Assembly: GCF_009834535.1 (NCBI RefSeq)
Contig: NC_045696.1
Span: forward strand, 14,882,001 to 14,946,000
DNA: 64,000 nt
From: Camelus ferus
Lineage: Eukaryota
Direction: 5' to 3'
Of the stretch, positions 63,530 to 64,000 are shown in pieces (within the stretch, counting starts at the first letter, position 1; the number at the start of each line of letters is the position of its first letter). The notes below the pieces were generated by a model. It searched no databases and was not told the origin of the DNA. It saw only the letters and a program-made list of their open reading frames with translations. Both the position numbers and the translations under genes were made by a program.

Positions 63530-64000
63530 ACTACTAATTTTTTTAAATAATAGAATAAATATAGACACTGATGAGACTGTCAAAGGGACAGACAGAAAGA
63601 CTGACTGAAAGAGCTCCCTGTGTCCAAAGTTGAAACAATTTGGCCCATAAAATACAATGGTGTTGGACCACGATTCAAGGTATAAAATAAATATCAGAGT
63701 CCATATGGATACCAACAGTAATTAAATGAATTAATAAATGGAGAGAAGACAAATCTTTGTAGAAGAATCCCAAGTATTTGGAACAATTTCCCACCACTTA
63801 AGTGTGGGCTGTGCACAATGACCTTCTTCTAAAGAGTGCAGTGTAAGTAGAGAGGAAAAAATAATTTCACAGCAGAGAAACCCGACATGCACTGTGTAGG
63901 TTATCAAGGTCAAAATAAAAAATCGGGTCGATCATTTGTACCCCTGATATGTTTGAGGCATTTTACATCTGTGTTTGTCCTCCCAGAACCCTATAACCTA
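63530..64000 (+). mobile_element. L1MC/L1MD 3' UTR fragment
   Basis: Similar to 23840-24320 (actgaaagagctcc...aacaatttg...ggagagaagacaaatct). Confidence 0.85.

Overview
AT-rich mammalian genomic DNA, most likely camelid: it carries two tRNA-Ala-derived Vic-1-type SINEs and cetartiodactyl-type L1 3' ends. I found no intact protein-coding gene, RNA gene or CRISPR array. A large fraction is interspersed repeat (L1, L2, MIR, MaLR/ERV LTRs, Tigger1, MER20/MER58/MER5). The non-repeat islands appear to be exons of one very large, decayed, multi-exon gene running across the window on the minus strand (~63295 down to ~1446, probably continuing past both edges). Many islands have AG/GT boundaries, consecutive exons are often phase-compatible, and the reading frames are broken by premature stops and 1-2 nt frameshifts. 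By-eye translation gives collinear motif matches to DNAAF9/C20orf194, apparently repeated as 4-5 tandem modules; this is against my recalled sequence and no alignment was run. One block of these exons (~27.8-34.1 kb) lies on the plus strand, suggesting an internal inversion. The homology, module count and inversion are inferences that need computational confirmation.
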